A stretch of DNA of 62,382 nt, filler included. It is 5 parts of 5 records of this genome, joined end to end, with 100 filler letters (N's around TTAATTAATTAA, not from the genome) between each part and the next. Parts side by side here need not be neighbours in the genome. Positions count along the whole stretch, not along the records: positions 38,300 to 62,382 come from SRR31156797_3900; 4 more parts are not named here. The stretch is one strand, 5' to 3'. Below, one piece after another: positions 47,176-56,924 of this stretch. The position numbers and the translations under genes are program-made. Below the pieces are notes generated by a model, which saw nothing but the letters and a program-made list of their open reading frames with translations, did not search any database and had not been told where the DNA came from. Within the stretch, counting starts at the first letter, position 1. Each line of letters opens with the position of its first letter.

Positions 47176-48390
47176 ATGCTTAAGGGCCGTCTTTTTTCAT
47201 GGAGCAGGAACCAGGATTCTTTTCTTAGCAGTTGTGGTTCCGCGGGCATATGGTTGATTGCAACCATTTGTTTTTCAATCGTTTTTTTGGGAATTATATT
47301 GTTGCTTTTGCGGGGCAGGACGTCTGACCGGAAACCGCCAACGGTTCCGACCACGTTTAATGGGGAAGTTCGGGAACCCATCAAATCATACGCTTTTTCA
47401 AAAAAGGGGGTCGAAAAACGTGAAAAGCCTGCTCAGAAACCCATTACCCCTTCAGAAGATCGGTTACCTGGAAAACCGGACACATCTCCTCAAGAGCCTT
47501 TAACGGCAGGTCCTTCCCCAATACAGGATGTGTCTCCCGATGATCCGCCCGGCAAGGGGATGTTGTCCCGGGACCTGAAGAAACAGGGTCCCCCCGATTT
47601 GTCTGAAACCCGCAAAGTTCCCCCATCCCAGCCTGTGGTAACACCGCCTTTGGTTGCTGAAAACTCAAAGCTTACCCATGAGACGTTACCGTCCGATGTT
47701 GAAAAAACCACGCCGGCTGTGCTTCCCGAAGCCTCAGTCCCTACCGAAAGGACGTCTGCGCTGTTATCTGAAAAACCGGTGGGGGCGAAGGTCGAATCCG
47801 TTGAGAAAGACCCAAAAGAAATGACGGTGCGGGTAGTCATGGGAAATGTTCGTAAAGGTCCATCCGTCAAGGAAGAGGTTGTATTTACCGTTGCCCGTGG
47901 GGATACCCTTCAGGTGACCGATCGGAAAGGGAACTGGTATGCGGTGCGTCTTCATAACGGTCGATCGGGCTGGGCCCATCATACCCTTCTTCAAGGACCT
48001 TCCGTACGGCTTTCAAAAACGGCCCCTTCAAGTCCCAAAAGCGGAGGGAAAAGCGTGATCAACGGAATTCGTACGGTGGTTACGGATCCCAATCGTGCGC
48101 AAATCATCTTTGAACTCAGTGGATACCATCCACCTGAAATTATGGTTATCGAGGGTGAGGTGCCTCGAGTTGTGTGTGATTTTTTTTCAGCGCGACTGGC
48201 GCCGGGTGTCAAAAAAAATATATCGGTCAAAACAGGCGTGGTGAAGCGGATTCGGGTAGGGGTTCACAAGGGATCCAAACCGAAGGTACGCGTGGTGCTT
48301 GACCTTAATGCCGGGCAAAATTACGCCGTTGAACAGTTTTTCTTTGAAAAAGAGAATTATTATGCACTGATGGTTAACTCGGGCAAGTGA
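47176..48390 (+). CDS. Membrane-anchored protein with SH3b and AMIN-like domains
   Basis: TM helix, Pro-rich linker, GNVRKGPS..GNWYAVRLHNGRSGWAH (SH3b), PRVVCDF..VKRIRVG..KVRVVLDL (AMIN). Confidence 0.7.
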   Translation: MLKGRLFSWSRNQDSFLSSCGSAGIWLIATICFSIVFLGIILLLLRGRTSDRKPPTVPTTFNGEVREPIKSYAFSKKGVEKREKPAQKPITPSEDRLPGKPDTSPQEPLTAGPSPIQDVSPDDPPGKGMLSRDLKKQGPPDLSETRKVPPSQPVVTPPLVAENSKLTHETLPSDVEKTTPAVLPEASVPTERTSALLSEKPVGAKVESVEKDPKEMTVRVVMGNVRKGPSVKEEVVFTVARGDTLQVTDRKGNWYAVRLHNGRSGWAHHTLLQGPSVRLSKTAPSSPKSGGKSVINGIRTVVTDPNRAQIIFELSGYHPPEIMVIEGEVPRVVCDFFSARLAPGVKKNISVKTGVVKRIRVGVHKGSKPKVRVVLDLNAGQNYAVEQFFFEKENYYALMVNSGK

Positions 48391-48459
48391 TGCCCGAAAG
48401 TCGGGATCAGAGCATTATGGAGCGAGCTTCGTTTGTTGGGATAAGTGCCGGGAAGGCCA

Positions 48460-49038
48460 TTATGGCACATAAAGATCGCTTTTTTTCCAGTCCCTGCGTG
48501 TCTCCTGAAAAGACTTCAGAAAACTGCGGCCTTTTTTGTCACGAAGATCATAAACGGCGTGTCTCAGGATGGCAACCGGCAGGCCCCCTTTGAGGCTGCA
48601 GGTGATTTCGTACCGGCTGAAGCCGGTTATGAGCCCCTTGATAATTTCCCCCTCAAGCAGTGTGAAGAAAACCACCTTCCTTTCTTTCATCAGGGGGAAA
48701 AGGGATTTGTTTTTGATGTGGTGCCTCTGGGCGGGCGCAATAATCGGGTCCAGTGCCGCCTTTACAACCTTTGGGTCTGTTTTTAGAAGTGGTCGGACTT
48801 TATCCGAAATCTCCAGTGGATAAAGGATCTTAATATCTGTTTTTGACAAAACCGATTCTTTGGTGTCACTGCTTTTGATTTTCAGATCGTAGACCAGATT
48901 CTTGCGGATCTCCGCACGGATAATGCGATGACCGTGAAGGTGGAATTCCCATGGCGCTTTGGATTTACAGGCCTGATCAAAAACCGAAGTGCCGTAAGTC
49001 TCCTTCAAATATTCCTGAAGCCCTGAAAGAAATCCCAT
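48460..49038 (-). CDS. Hypothetical protein with two Hfq/Sm-like repeats
   Basis: Residues ~109-166 align by eye with Hfq (see findings); residues ~17-74 are a more divergent copy. Confidence 0.6.
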   Translation of the reverse strand: MGFLSGLQEYLKETYGTSVFDQACKSKAPWEFHLHGHRIIRAEIRKNLVYDLKIKSSDTKESVLSKTDIKILYPLEISDKVRPLLKTDPKVVKAALDPIIAPAQRHHIKNKSLFPLMKERKVVFFTLLEGEIIKGLITGFSRYEITCSLKGGLPVAILRHAVYDLRDKKGRSFLKSFQETRRDWKKSDLYVP

Positions 49039-49130
49039 GTCAATCTCTTAAACCGAGGTGTAAAAAAAAAGTTTCCGGCCCCTTCATATTTGGGGGCATG
49101 CAGATCTCGAAAAGAAGATGGTATTAGAAA

Positions 49131-49631
49131 CTAATCTCCCATATCTTCTTTCAGTTTCTCTTCAAATTCCTTGAAAAACTGATCCTTTTCTTTCCAGTCG
49201 GGTCCAAAACGCTTACTGAAATACTGTCCCAGTTTTCTGAAGAGTTTCTCCCATACCGGTTTGCCCTCTCCCAGGACCACGTCTTCGAGGAATGTATTGA
49301 GTTCGGCAATTTTTTCCTTGGGGAGGAATGAAACAGCGCCCAATTTGATGGATCTTTTTAAGGATTCCGGAGAAAGGGCGTGAGCGGTCAGCATTACGGT
49401 TGGAAATTCCCTGGATACGGCCGTTTTAAGGAGTTCAAACCCGTTTACTCCCATAATGTCAAGAATGACGATGTCATAGGTATAGCTGAGAAGGTATTGG
49501 AGCGCCGTATCATAATCCGTTGCCTTGTGGATGAGACACATGTCCAGTTCTTCCTCTACGGTTTCCAACACATCGGGCTCGTCGTCCACCACCAGGATAA
49601 CTTTGTCCGTTAAAGCACTTTTTTGAGCCAT
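49131..49631 (-). CDS. Response regulator receiver protein with C-terminal extension
   Basis: ILVVDDE, ILDIMGVNG, MLTAHA, FLPK. Confidence 0.88.
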   Translation of the reverse strand: MAQKSALTDKVILVVDDEPDVLETVEEELDMCLIHKATDYDTALQYLLSYTYDIVILDIMGVNGFELLKTAVSREFPTVMLTAHALSPESLKRSIKLGAVSFLPKEKIAELNTFLEDVVLGEGKPVWEKLFRKLGQYFSKRFGPDWKEKDQFFKEFEEKLKEDMGD

Positions 49632-49845
49632 TATAAGATTGTCCTCCTGTTATTCCCTATTTTCAAAATACTCATAATGAGCATGTTTTACCATAAATCA
49701 GTGATCAACTCCCAAACTTTATACTAGAAATCCATGTTTTATCAAGAGAAAAATATGATGGGTCTGCCCGTTTTAACCCGTATGTCGATTTCAATATTGC
49801 TCCAATGGGTCATTTCGGATATGCTCATGGCGAGGATGTTTCCAT

Positions 49846-50442
49846 ATGTGTATACGTACCATTGAAAATCCCTACCGTTTACGGTCATATTGGAGGGCGG
49901 GTCGTTTTCTCCATGTAATGACCCTTGCCGAGCTGGCCTTGCTTTGCATGGTTTATTCGTGTTTTCCCATATCTTTTGGGGATTTGACGGCTGTCGGCAT
50001 CTTTTTCAAATTGATACTGATGTCTTTTCTTGCCGCGCTCCCCCTTTTCAGCCAGTTGGATGCCCGTTCCCGCTACCAGAACTACAAACAGCTCAAGGAC
50101 CAGTTGTTTTTGTACGGTTTCGACAGGCGCATCTTTAAGCCGATTTTGCAGTCCCGTTGTCAGCGGGATGCCGCCTTGGCGGCTGCTGAGGAACTGGGAT
50201 ACGGGAACAGATGTCGTCATTATTTCAGAACCTGTGGTTACAGATGGTACCATCTGGTGCCCGATTTTATTTTCCGGTCCCCGTACTTTCTTCTGACCGG
50301 GGCTTTTTGGCGAAGGACCTTTTTCATGCCGACCTATGAACCCAAGGTCGATTTTAAAATGATGGTGGGGAATGTTCAACATTCTTTGAAGGTTTCCCCC
50401 ATGATGAAAAGACGGTTGAAACCCGTGGAGGAGAAGTCATGA
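49846..50442 (+). CDS. Hypothetical membrane protein
   Basis: Two TM helices then LDARSRYQNYK..SRCQR..GYRWYH; stop overlaps the next start (ATGA). Confidence 0.65.
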   Translation: MCIRTIENPYRLRSYWRAGRFLHVMTLAELALLCMVYSCFPISFGDLTAVGIFFKLILMSFLAALPLFSQLDARSRYQNYKQLKDQLFLYGFDRRIFKPILQSRCQRDAALAAAEELGYGNRCRHYFRTCGYRWYHLVPDFIFRSPYFLLTGAFWRRTFFMPTYEPKVDFKMMVGNVQHSLKVSPMMKRRLKPVEEKS

Positions 50443-51209
50443 AGATCATCGCTGTCAATGGGACCTATCGTTCGGGAAAAACCACAACATTGTTGACCCG
50501 GAAGGCGCTGGAAGGGTCTGCGTCAATGGGCGCGGAAACGGAGATGCTTCTGCTTAAGGAGAAGCGGATAGAATATTGCCGCAATTGTTTGACCTGCTAC
50601 GGGGATTTATCATCGGAAATCGCGCCGTGTGTTATTGACGATGATATGGATGAAATTCTTGAAAAGCTTAATAATGCGGATGGTATCATCTTTGCCTCAC
50701 CGGTTCACAATGGCTTTATGACAGGATTGATGACCGTTTTCTTTGAAAGGAGCGCCTGGCGGGTATGCCGTCCCACCCGGAAAATGTTCGGTATGAAAGG
50801 CTTGCCCGAATCGCGCCTTACCAATAAACCGCGGGCCATTGCCACAATCGTCAGTGCAGGCGGTATGCCCACGGGGTTGCGGAAACTCTGTGACCAGGGA
50901 ACGGCATTTCTAAAGGATAACGGACCGTGGTTTTTTAACGGTAATTTCATTGGAGATCTATACGCGGGCGCTGAACTTACGCGGATGCCCGAATGTGATG
51001 AGGATTGGCATAAACTCTATTTCATGAGAAAACTCTCCCGGGGTCAACTGCGGAAGGCCCATGACCTGGGCGTCAAAATGGCCGTAGCCATCCGGGAGAA
51101 GAAACTGAAGGATTTTCAACCGGCCGGACCCATCGCCGAAACCGTTATGGGGGTCCTGTTGAAATTTTGGCCCACATACAAGACCGCGGACAACATTGAC
51201 GAAAAATGA
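50439..51209 (+). CDS. Flavodoxin-like iron-sulfur flavoprotein / NADPH-dependent FMN reductase family
   Basis: IIAVNGTYR, CRNCLTC..C..DDM, ADGIIFASPV. Confidence 0.82.
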   Translation: MKIIAVNGTYRSGKTTTLLTRKALEGSASMGAETEMLLLKEKRIEYCRNCLTCYGDLSSEIAPCVIDDDMDEILEKLNNADGIIFASPVHNGFMTGLMTVFFERSAWRVCRPTRKMFGMKGLPESRLTNKPRAIATIVSAGGMPTGLRKLCDQGTAFLKDNGPWFFNGNFIGDLYAGAELTRMPECDEDWHKLYFMRKLSRGQLRKAHDLGVKMAVAIREKKLKDFQPAGPIAETVMGVLLKFWPTYKTADNIDEK

Positions 51210-51239
51210 AGTGAACCTGTTTGTGCCGGATTAAAAAGA

Positions 51240-52004
51240 TCACCCCATAAAATCCGATCCCTGAACCATGGGGAGCAGGGAGGCGGCCTCCCGATCCAGC
51301 AGCCAGGTCAGTTTCCCGGACCGGGGCCGGATTCCCAGAGCCGGAAGGCCCCGTTGTTTTTTTTCGAGTATCGCCTGAACAATACCCGCTTTGCCTTTTC
51401 CCGATGCCAGGAAAACGACCTCCCGCGCCCGGTTCAGGATGGGGTAGGTCATGGTTAATCGGTTGACGTTCGGCGTTCCGTCCTTGACCGTTGAAATAAG
51501 TTTTTTTTGTTCCCGTAATGCCGATGTTTTTGGAAACAGGGATGCCGTGTGTCCGTCGGTTCCGATACCCAGCAGGATGAGGTCAAATGCGGGGATTTCA
51601 TGGGTGCCGGTTTCAAAAAAAAACGTGATTTCCTTCTGGTAATGGAAGGCACCCTCATCAGGGGCCATGTGGACGGGCATGGGGTGGATGTTTTTCCTGG
51701 AAATGGGGAGCCCATCAATGAAATCCTTACGGGCTGCGCCGTAATTGCTGGCGGGGTCTTCCACGGGAACACACCGTTCGTCAACCCAGAAAAAGTGGGT
51801 TTTGTTCCACGAAATGCTCGAACGAAAAGGTTCTTCCGCCAGTCGCCGGTGCATGCCCCTGGGGGTAGAGCCCCCTGAAAGGGCCACCGTAAAAAAACCC
51901 TTTCGTTCGATGGCATGTCCGGCACTTTGGGCGAAAAGGGTTGCGCCGGCATCTGAAAGCCGGGCGGGATTCTCTTTAATCATCACTTGAAATTGAGTGG
52001 GCAT
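51240..52004 (-). CDS. pgl: 6-phosphogluconolactonase
   Basis: ALSGGSTP, FWVDERCVP, LLGIGTDGHTASLFP, RLTMT. Confidence 0.93.
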   Translation of the reverse strand: MPTQFQVMIKENPARLSDAGATLFAQSAGHAIERKGFFTVALSGGSTPRGMHRRLAEEPFRSSISWNKTHFFWVDERCVPVEDPASNYGAARKDFIDGLPISRKNIHPMPVHMAPDEGAFHYQKEITFFFETGTHEIPAFDLILLGIGTDGHTASLFPKTSALREQKKLISTVKDGTPNVNRLTMTYPILNRAREVVFLASGKGKAGIVQAILEKKQRGLPALGIRPRSGKLTWLLDREAASLLPMVQGSDFMG

Positions 52005-52112
52005 GAGCGGTGTCTCCTTTTTTTGTTTACCCGTATCTCCGGCATTCTATAATGGAAGCGACTATTGGCAAGGAAAATCAGATGCTCACCACGGAAAGAG
52101 GAGAAATGTGAC

Positions 52113-52922
52113 ATGGCTTTTGAAACGGTGTTGTATGAAAGAAACGGGTTTATCGGGATCCTCAGGTTGAATCGTCCGGAGCGCATGAATGCGGTGATTG
52201 AGCAGATGTATCTGGATATACGGGCGGTTCTGGCAGAGGCACGGCAGGATGGAAACGTCCGAGTGCTCGTTATTACCGGTTCGGTCCGGAAAGGACCGGC
52301 GGGCGGGAAGCAGGCCTTCTGCGCGGGGGCGGATTTAAAGAAACACGCTGCCGGGGATCGGACCATGTGGCAGAAGCGGGAGTATATCCTGTTGGCCCAC
52401 GAGACCACCCGAATGATCTACGAATTTCCCAAACCGGTCATTGTGGCCGTCAATGGTCCGGCCAGGGGGGCGGGAACGGAAATGGCTCTGAACGGGGATT
52501 TCCTGTTCATGGCGGATACGGCCACCATTGCCTTTCCGGAAACCGGCTTGGCAACCTGTGTGGGTGGCGGCGCCACTTACCTCCTGGCCCGACTGGTGGG
52601 AAGTATGCGCGCCAGGGAATTGATTTTTACGGGGAGAATTGTTCATGGGCCGGAGGCGGTGGCCATGGGCTTGGCATTAAAATCGGTACCGGTTGAACAA
52701 TTGATGCCCCAAGTCCTTTCCTTTGCATCCGCCCTGGCGGAAAAGGCGCCCATATCCTTGTCCCTGACCAAAGAGTTGATCCGCCGGGGGCCGCACCGGG
52801 ACATGAAAACTGTTTTGCTTTGCGAGTCCGAGGCGATTCTGGCCTGTATGAACACGGAGGATTGGCAGACGGGAATCCGCTCTTTTGCGGAAAAATGTAA
52901 ACCCGTGTTCAAGGGGAGATAG
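52113..52922 (+). CDS. Enoyl-CoA hydratase/isomerase family protein
   Basis: LNRPERMNA, AFCAGADL, PKPVIVAVNG, GAGTE, FPET. Confidence 0.9.
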   Translation: MAFETVLYERNGFIGILRLNRPERMNAVIEQMYLDIRAVLAEARQDGNVRVLVITGSVRKGPAGGKQAFCAGADLKKHAAGDRTMWQKREYILLAHETTRMIYEFPKPVIVAVNGPARGAGTEMALNGDFLFMADTATIAFPETGLATCVGGGATYLLARLVGSMRARELIFTGRIVHGPEAVAMGLALKSVPVEQLMPQVLSFASALAEKAPISLSLTKELIRRGPHRDMKTVLLCESEAILACMNTEDWQTGIRSFAEKCKPVFKGR

Positions 52923-52925
52923 GTT

Positions 52926-55082
52926 ATGGGGCTGGAACATGTGTTGAACGCAACGTCCGTTGCGGTGGTGGGTGCGTCCAAAAAGGAAACCAAACGGGGA
53001 TACCAGGCCGTTAAGACCCTCTTGGATCAGGGTTTTGAGGGGCGGATCTATCCCGTGAATCCCAAGGAAAAAAGCGTTCTCGGATTCCCATGCCATGGCA
53101 AGGTGTCCGAAATCGAAGGCCCTGTGGAAATGGTCCTGATTACCACTCCTGCCGGGACCATCCCCGAAATCCTTGATGATTGTGGCAAAAAGGGCGTGGC
53201 GGGTGCGGTCATTATCGCCGGTGGCTTTGGCGAGATGGGCCAGGCCGGAAAGGATTTGGAAAAAGAGATCATTACCATTGCCAAGGAGCATGAAATCCGG
53301 GTGGTCGGTCCCAATACTTCGGGCATGATGAATCTCCACACCAACATGAACCTGGTGGGCCTGAAGGATGTGCCAAAGGGCCATATCGCCCTGATTTCAC
53401 AGAGCGGGAATATGGCTTTGTCCCTGATTACGGAAGCTGCCATCAAGAGTCGCCAGGGGTTTTCCTATTACGTGGGTATCGGAAACGAAGCGGACGTCAA
53501 GTTCCATGAGTACTTAGGTTTTTTTCAGGAAGATCCCAATACACGGGCCATTCTCATGTATGTGGAAGGGATGCGGGATGCTCGACGTTTTCTGCAACAG
53601 GCCTATCGGACCACCCGAAAAAAGCCGATCGTAATGTTGAAAAGCGGCCGTTCCGCCACGGGAAAACTATCAGCCGGTTCCCACACCGGTGCGCTGGCGG
53701 GCATGTCTGAAGTGGCCCGGACCGCATTTCAACGGGCGGGGATCGTTGTCATCGAAGACTCCGATGCCCTATTCCCCGCCGCGGAAACATTGGCCAGCCT
53801 TCCCCACATCAAGAACCGGTCCGTCGCCATCCTTGCGGACGGTGGGGGGCATGCCACCATTGCAGCGGATAAACTGACGGATCTCGGTGTCCATATCCCT
53901 CCCATGGGAGAGAAAACCCAAGAAAAGCTCAAAGCGCTGCTCCCTGCGGGGGCATCCACCCGAAATCCGGTTGATATTGCGGGAGGGGGCGATGAGAATC
54001 CGGCGGTGATTGCGGACTGCGCGGAGATAATGCTGCACGATCCTAAGGTGGGTGGGTTGCTGGTGGTGGGCCTTTTCGGCGGTTACAATATTCGGTTTTC
54101 CGAAAGCCTGGGATTTGTGGAGGAAGATGCGGCCCACCGAATGGGAAAACTGGTCAAGGATATGGGCAAGCCCATTGTGGTTCACAGCCTGTATAATTAT
54201 GCCAGACCCCATTCCTTGGACCTGCTTCGCTATTACAATATCCCCGTTTATGACTCCGTTGAGGTGGGTTGCAAAAGCATTTCCGTTCTTTCCGAGTATG
54301 GGAATTACCTGCGCAGTTACCAGGCAAAACGGAAATTCGTGTTCAGCAAGGGGAAGAAAGCCAAGCCCCGGGGACGGAAGATCTTTCAAAGGGCCCGAGA
54401 AGAAAAACGGAATGCCCTGTTTGAGCATGAAGCCAAGGAGTTGATCGCTCTGCATGGTGCCAGGCATTTTGAAAACAGCCTGGTCCATTCGGCGGAGGAA
54501 GCGGTGGCGGCGGCGTCTTTAATGGATGGGCCCTTGGCCATGAAAATAGTATCCCCGGATATCCTGCACAAAACCGAGGCGGGTGGTGTGAAACTTAATG
54601 TGACCATTGCCTCGGAAATTGAGGCTGCCTATGATGCCATCATGGAAGGTGCCATCCGTTATAATGCAAAGGCACGTATTGAGGGAATCCTGCTGGAGCC
54701 CATGATGAGGGGTGGATTGGAATTGATTGTGGGCACCAAAATGGATGATCAGTTTGGCCCGGTGATCATGTTCGGGATCGGGGGTACCCTGGTGGAGGTG
54801 TTAAAAGATGTGGTATTCCGTGTATTGCCCATATCGGAGCGTACCGCCCGAAGGATGATTGAGCGGATCCGGTCCGTGGATCTGCTCAACGGGTTTCGGG
54901 GCAACCCGCCGGTGGACCGAAAGGCGCTTAAGAATCTTCTGTTGGCCATCTCTGAAATTGTGGGGTCCTACAATGAAATTCAGGAAATTGATCTCAATCC
55001 CGTAATCGCCTATGAAAAAGGTCTTGCCGTTGCGGATGCTCGGATTTTACTCAAGAAAGATGAGGATTTAACCGATTGGTAG
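52926..55082 (+). CDS. ADP-forming acyl-CoA synthetase (acetate--CoA ligase family, fused alpha/beta)
   Basis: SVAVVGAS, VVGPN, SQSG, SHTGALAG, NPVD, KIVSPDILHKTEAGGV, IDLNPV. Confidence 0.92.
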   Translation: MGLEHVLNATSVAVVGASKKETKRGYQAVKTLLDQGFEGRIYPVNPKEKSVLGFPCHGKVSEIEGPVEMVLITTPAGTIPEILDDCGKKGVAGAVIIAGGFGEMGQAGKDLEKEIITIAKEHEIRVVGPNTSGMMNLHTNMNLVGLKDVPKGHIALISQSGNMALSLITEAAIKSRQGFSYYVGIGNEADVKFHEYLGFFQEDPNTRAILMYVEGMRDARRFLQQAYRTTRKKPIVMLKSGRSATGKLSAGSHTGALAGMSEVARTAFQRAGIVVIEDSDALFPAAETLASLPHIKNRSVAILADGGGHATIAADKLTDLGVHIPPMGEKTQEKLKALLPAGASTRNPVDIAGGGDENPAVIADCAEIMLHDPKVGGLLVVGLFGGYNIRFSESLGFVEEDAAHRMGKLVKDMGKPIVVHSLYNYARPHSLDLLRYYNIPVYDSVEVGCKSISVLSEYGNYLRSYQAKRKFVFSKGKKAKPRGRKIFQRAREEKRNALFEHEAKELIALHGARHFENSLVHSAEEAVAAASLMDGPLAMKIVSPDILHKTEAGGVKLNVTIASEIEAAYDAIMEGAIRYNAKARIEGILLEPMMRGGLELIVGTKMDDQFGPVIMFGIGGTLVEVLKDVVFRVLPISERTARRMIERIRSVDLLNGFRGNPPVDRKALKNLLLAISEIVGSYNEIQEIDLNPVIAYEKGLAVADARILLKKDEDLTDW

Positions 55083-55120
55083 GGATTTTATATGTTTTCC
55101 GAGTGGAGAGCGCTTGGGTT

Positions 55121-56038
55121 TTACCGCGTCCAGTGAAGGAGTTCCGTTGTTGCGGATTTTTTCAGCCGTTCCAGATGATCCGGTGTGTTAAAAAGCGTTT
55201 CGCACAGGTTGCATTTCCTGTATTTGACAATTTCGCTGGCTTTAAATCCCAGAAATGACGCCATGGCCGTTAGCCCCATGGTTTTGATCAGGTGGAAAAG
55301 GAGGTTCTTTTCCTTTTTTTGAAACAGATGGTCGACGGAATGGCTTTTCAGGTTGCCCAGGTGAAAAGCGTCTGTTTTTGTAAACTGGGTTCCGGCATCA
55401 CAACAGGCGAACATGTCCAGTTCGGGGGATAGGTAGGGGTTCATGGTACACCGATGGGGGGCGTAATCCGTAAAAACAGGGGGTCCATTGATTCCCGTTG
55501 CATTGCCGAAATAGATGAGGGGTTCCGGAAAATACTTCAATTGATGGTTCCGGAGAAACTGTTCCCGGGCGTTATCTTCCTCTGTAAAATCCGTAACAAA
55601 AGATATGAAATAATTAAGTCCGTACTTTTGGCAGCTCAGCGCGGCGTTGAGGATGTTTTCCCGGCTCACATTCTTTTCATGCCAGCGGCTGAAGCTGATT
55701 CTCAGTTGGGATAATCCGGCATCCTTCAGCGCCGAGACCATCTTATCGGAACGGTCCCGGGTTTTGCCGAAGTAGCCGTTGGTGACAATCCTTGAATAGA
55801 TGTTATGCATTTTACAGGATCCGACAAGTTCCTTCATTTCGTTTACATAAAGTAACGGTTCTCCCGCGGTGAAACTGATGCCCGTGACGTGAGATCGGGC
55901 CATTTCCTCAATAATTCGAACGGCGTTTTCAAAGCCCATTTTCCTTTCCGGCGAGCCGTCATGGGCGGCCACGCAATGATCGCATTTAATGTTGCACCGG
56001 GTTGAAAAACCAAAGGCAATTTGGCGTGTATTGTTCAT
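55121..56038 (-). CDS. Radical SAM enzyme, EpeE/YydG-like architecture
   Basis: RCNIKCDHC, ISFTAGEP, TNGY; auxiliary C..CC..CxxC (HRC, FACC, CNLC). Confidence 0.8.
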   Translation of the reverse strand: MNNTRQIAFGFSTRCNIKCDHCVAAHDGSPERKMGFENAVRIIEEMARSHVTGISFTAGEPLLYVNEMKELVGSCKMHNIYSRIVTNGYFGKTRDRSDKMVSALKDAGLSQLRISFSRWHEKNVSRENILNAALSCQKYGLNYFISFVTDFTEEDNAREQFLRNHQLKYFPEPLIYFGNATGINGPPVFTDYAPHRCTMNPYLSPELDMFACCDAGTQFTKTDAFHLGNLKSHSVDHLFQKKEKNLLFHLIKTMGLTAMASFLGFKASEIVKYRKCNLCETLFNTPDHLERLKKSATTELLHWTR

Positions 56039-56495
56039 TTTTTTCCATCATAATGATATTTTTTTTAACCACTGAAACCCTCATGCCGGATTCGGGCATA
56101 CCTTTTAACCGGTGGAGGAATGGAAAAGGGAGGTCTCAATAGCATAAACCCAATCCCTGTCATCTTATCATTCAAGATTCAAAAATGGAAGGGGCGGATG
56201 AATGCCCCATTGAGTGCCCGGCAAGACGCAGATTCGAAGGATTGTGGAGGGCATTGCCGTAAAAGATCTGTGTCACCCCTTTTCCCGAATATAGGTCTTC
56301 CGAAAACCCATGCTGAACAGCTTGAGGATTTTTTTCACTTGAGCCGAAGGGGAAAAATTGGTAATCCTGTTATTCGACAGGAGGGCCATGACGAGGCTTT
56401 ACCCTTACACCTCTGCCGCGGTCCGATTTATATTGCCCGGCAGGTCGGGGTTTGAGTCCGCTGATCCAACACCTAAGCAGACAAAGGAGGGCGCC

Positions 56496-56819
56496 ATGAA
56501 GATCACATCCATTGAAAAGGTCAAATTTGCCCCCGGCAAATGGGAAGAAGCCGGTCAAGTCATGAAAACTTTTACGGAACTGGCCAAAAAAATGGGGTTT
56601 CCGGAATACAAGATTTACGGTGTGGTGAGTGGGGGCGACGTGGTGCAGACGCTCTATTTCAAAACGGAGTGGGAAAACATGGCGGAGATGGAAACCCTCA
56701 TGGAAAAAATGTTTTCGGACGCGGAGATGCGGGAAATGATGGGCAAATGGGCAGGTGTGGTGGAATCCCATGGGGTTACCCTGCTAAAAGAACTATCAGC
56801 CCAAGATTTAGGCATCTGA
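56496..56819 (+). CDS. Small dimeric alpha/beta-barrel (NIPSNAP-like) hypothetical protein
   Basis: RBS AAGGAGG; KFAPGKWEE..EWENMAEME pattern. Confidence 0.6.
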   Translation: MKITSIEKVKFAPGKWEEAGQVMKTFTELAKKMGFPEYKIYGVVSGGDVVQTLYFKTEWENMAEMETLMEKMFSDAEMREMMGKWAGVVESHGVTLLKELSAQDLGI

Positions 56820-56924
56820 ACAAGGTTATGTTTCGTTGAAACCGTTTCGAGGCCCGGGCCCCTAATTGTTTGGACCATTCAAGGGGTTGGGCCTCTTTTT
56901 GTATGAAAGATGGAGGCTCAAACC

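Noticed and set aside
56040-56495. Short ORFs (including 56120-56455) as radical SAM precursor peptides, and a tRNA-like GGTTTGAGTCC stretch near 56449
   Set aside because: No leader/core-like composition and mostly no RBS on the enzyme's strand; the stretch does not fold into a cloverleaf.
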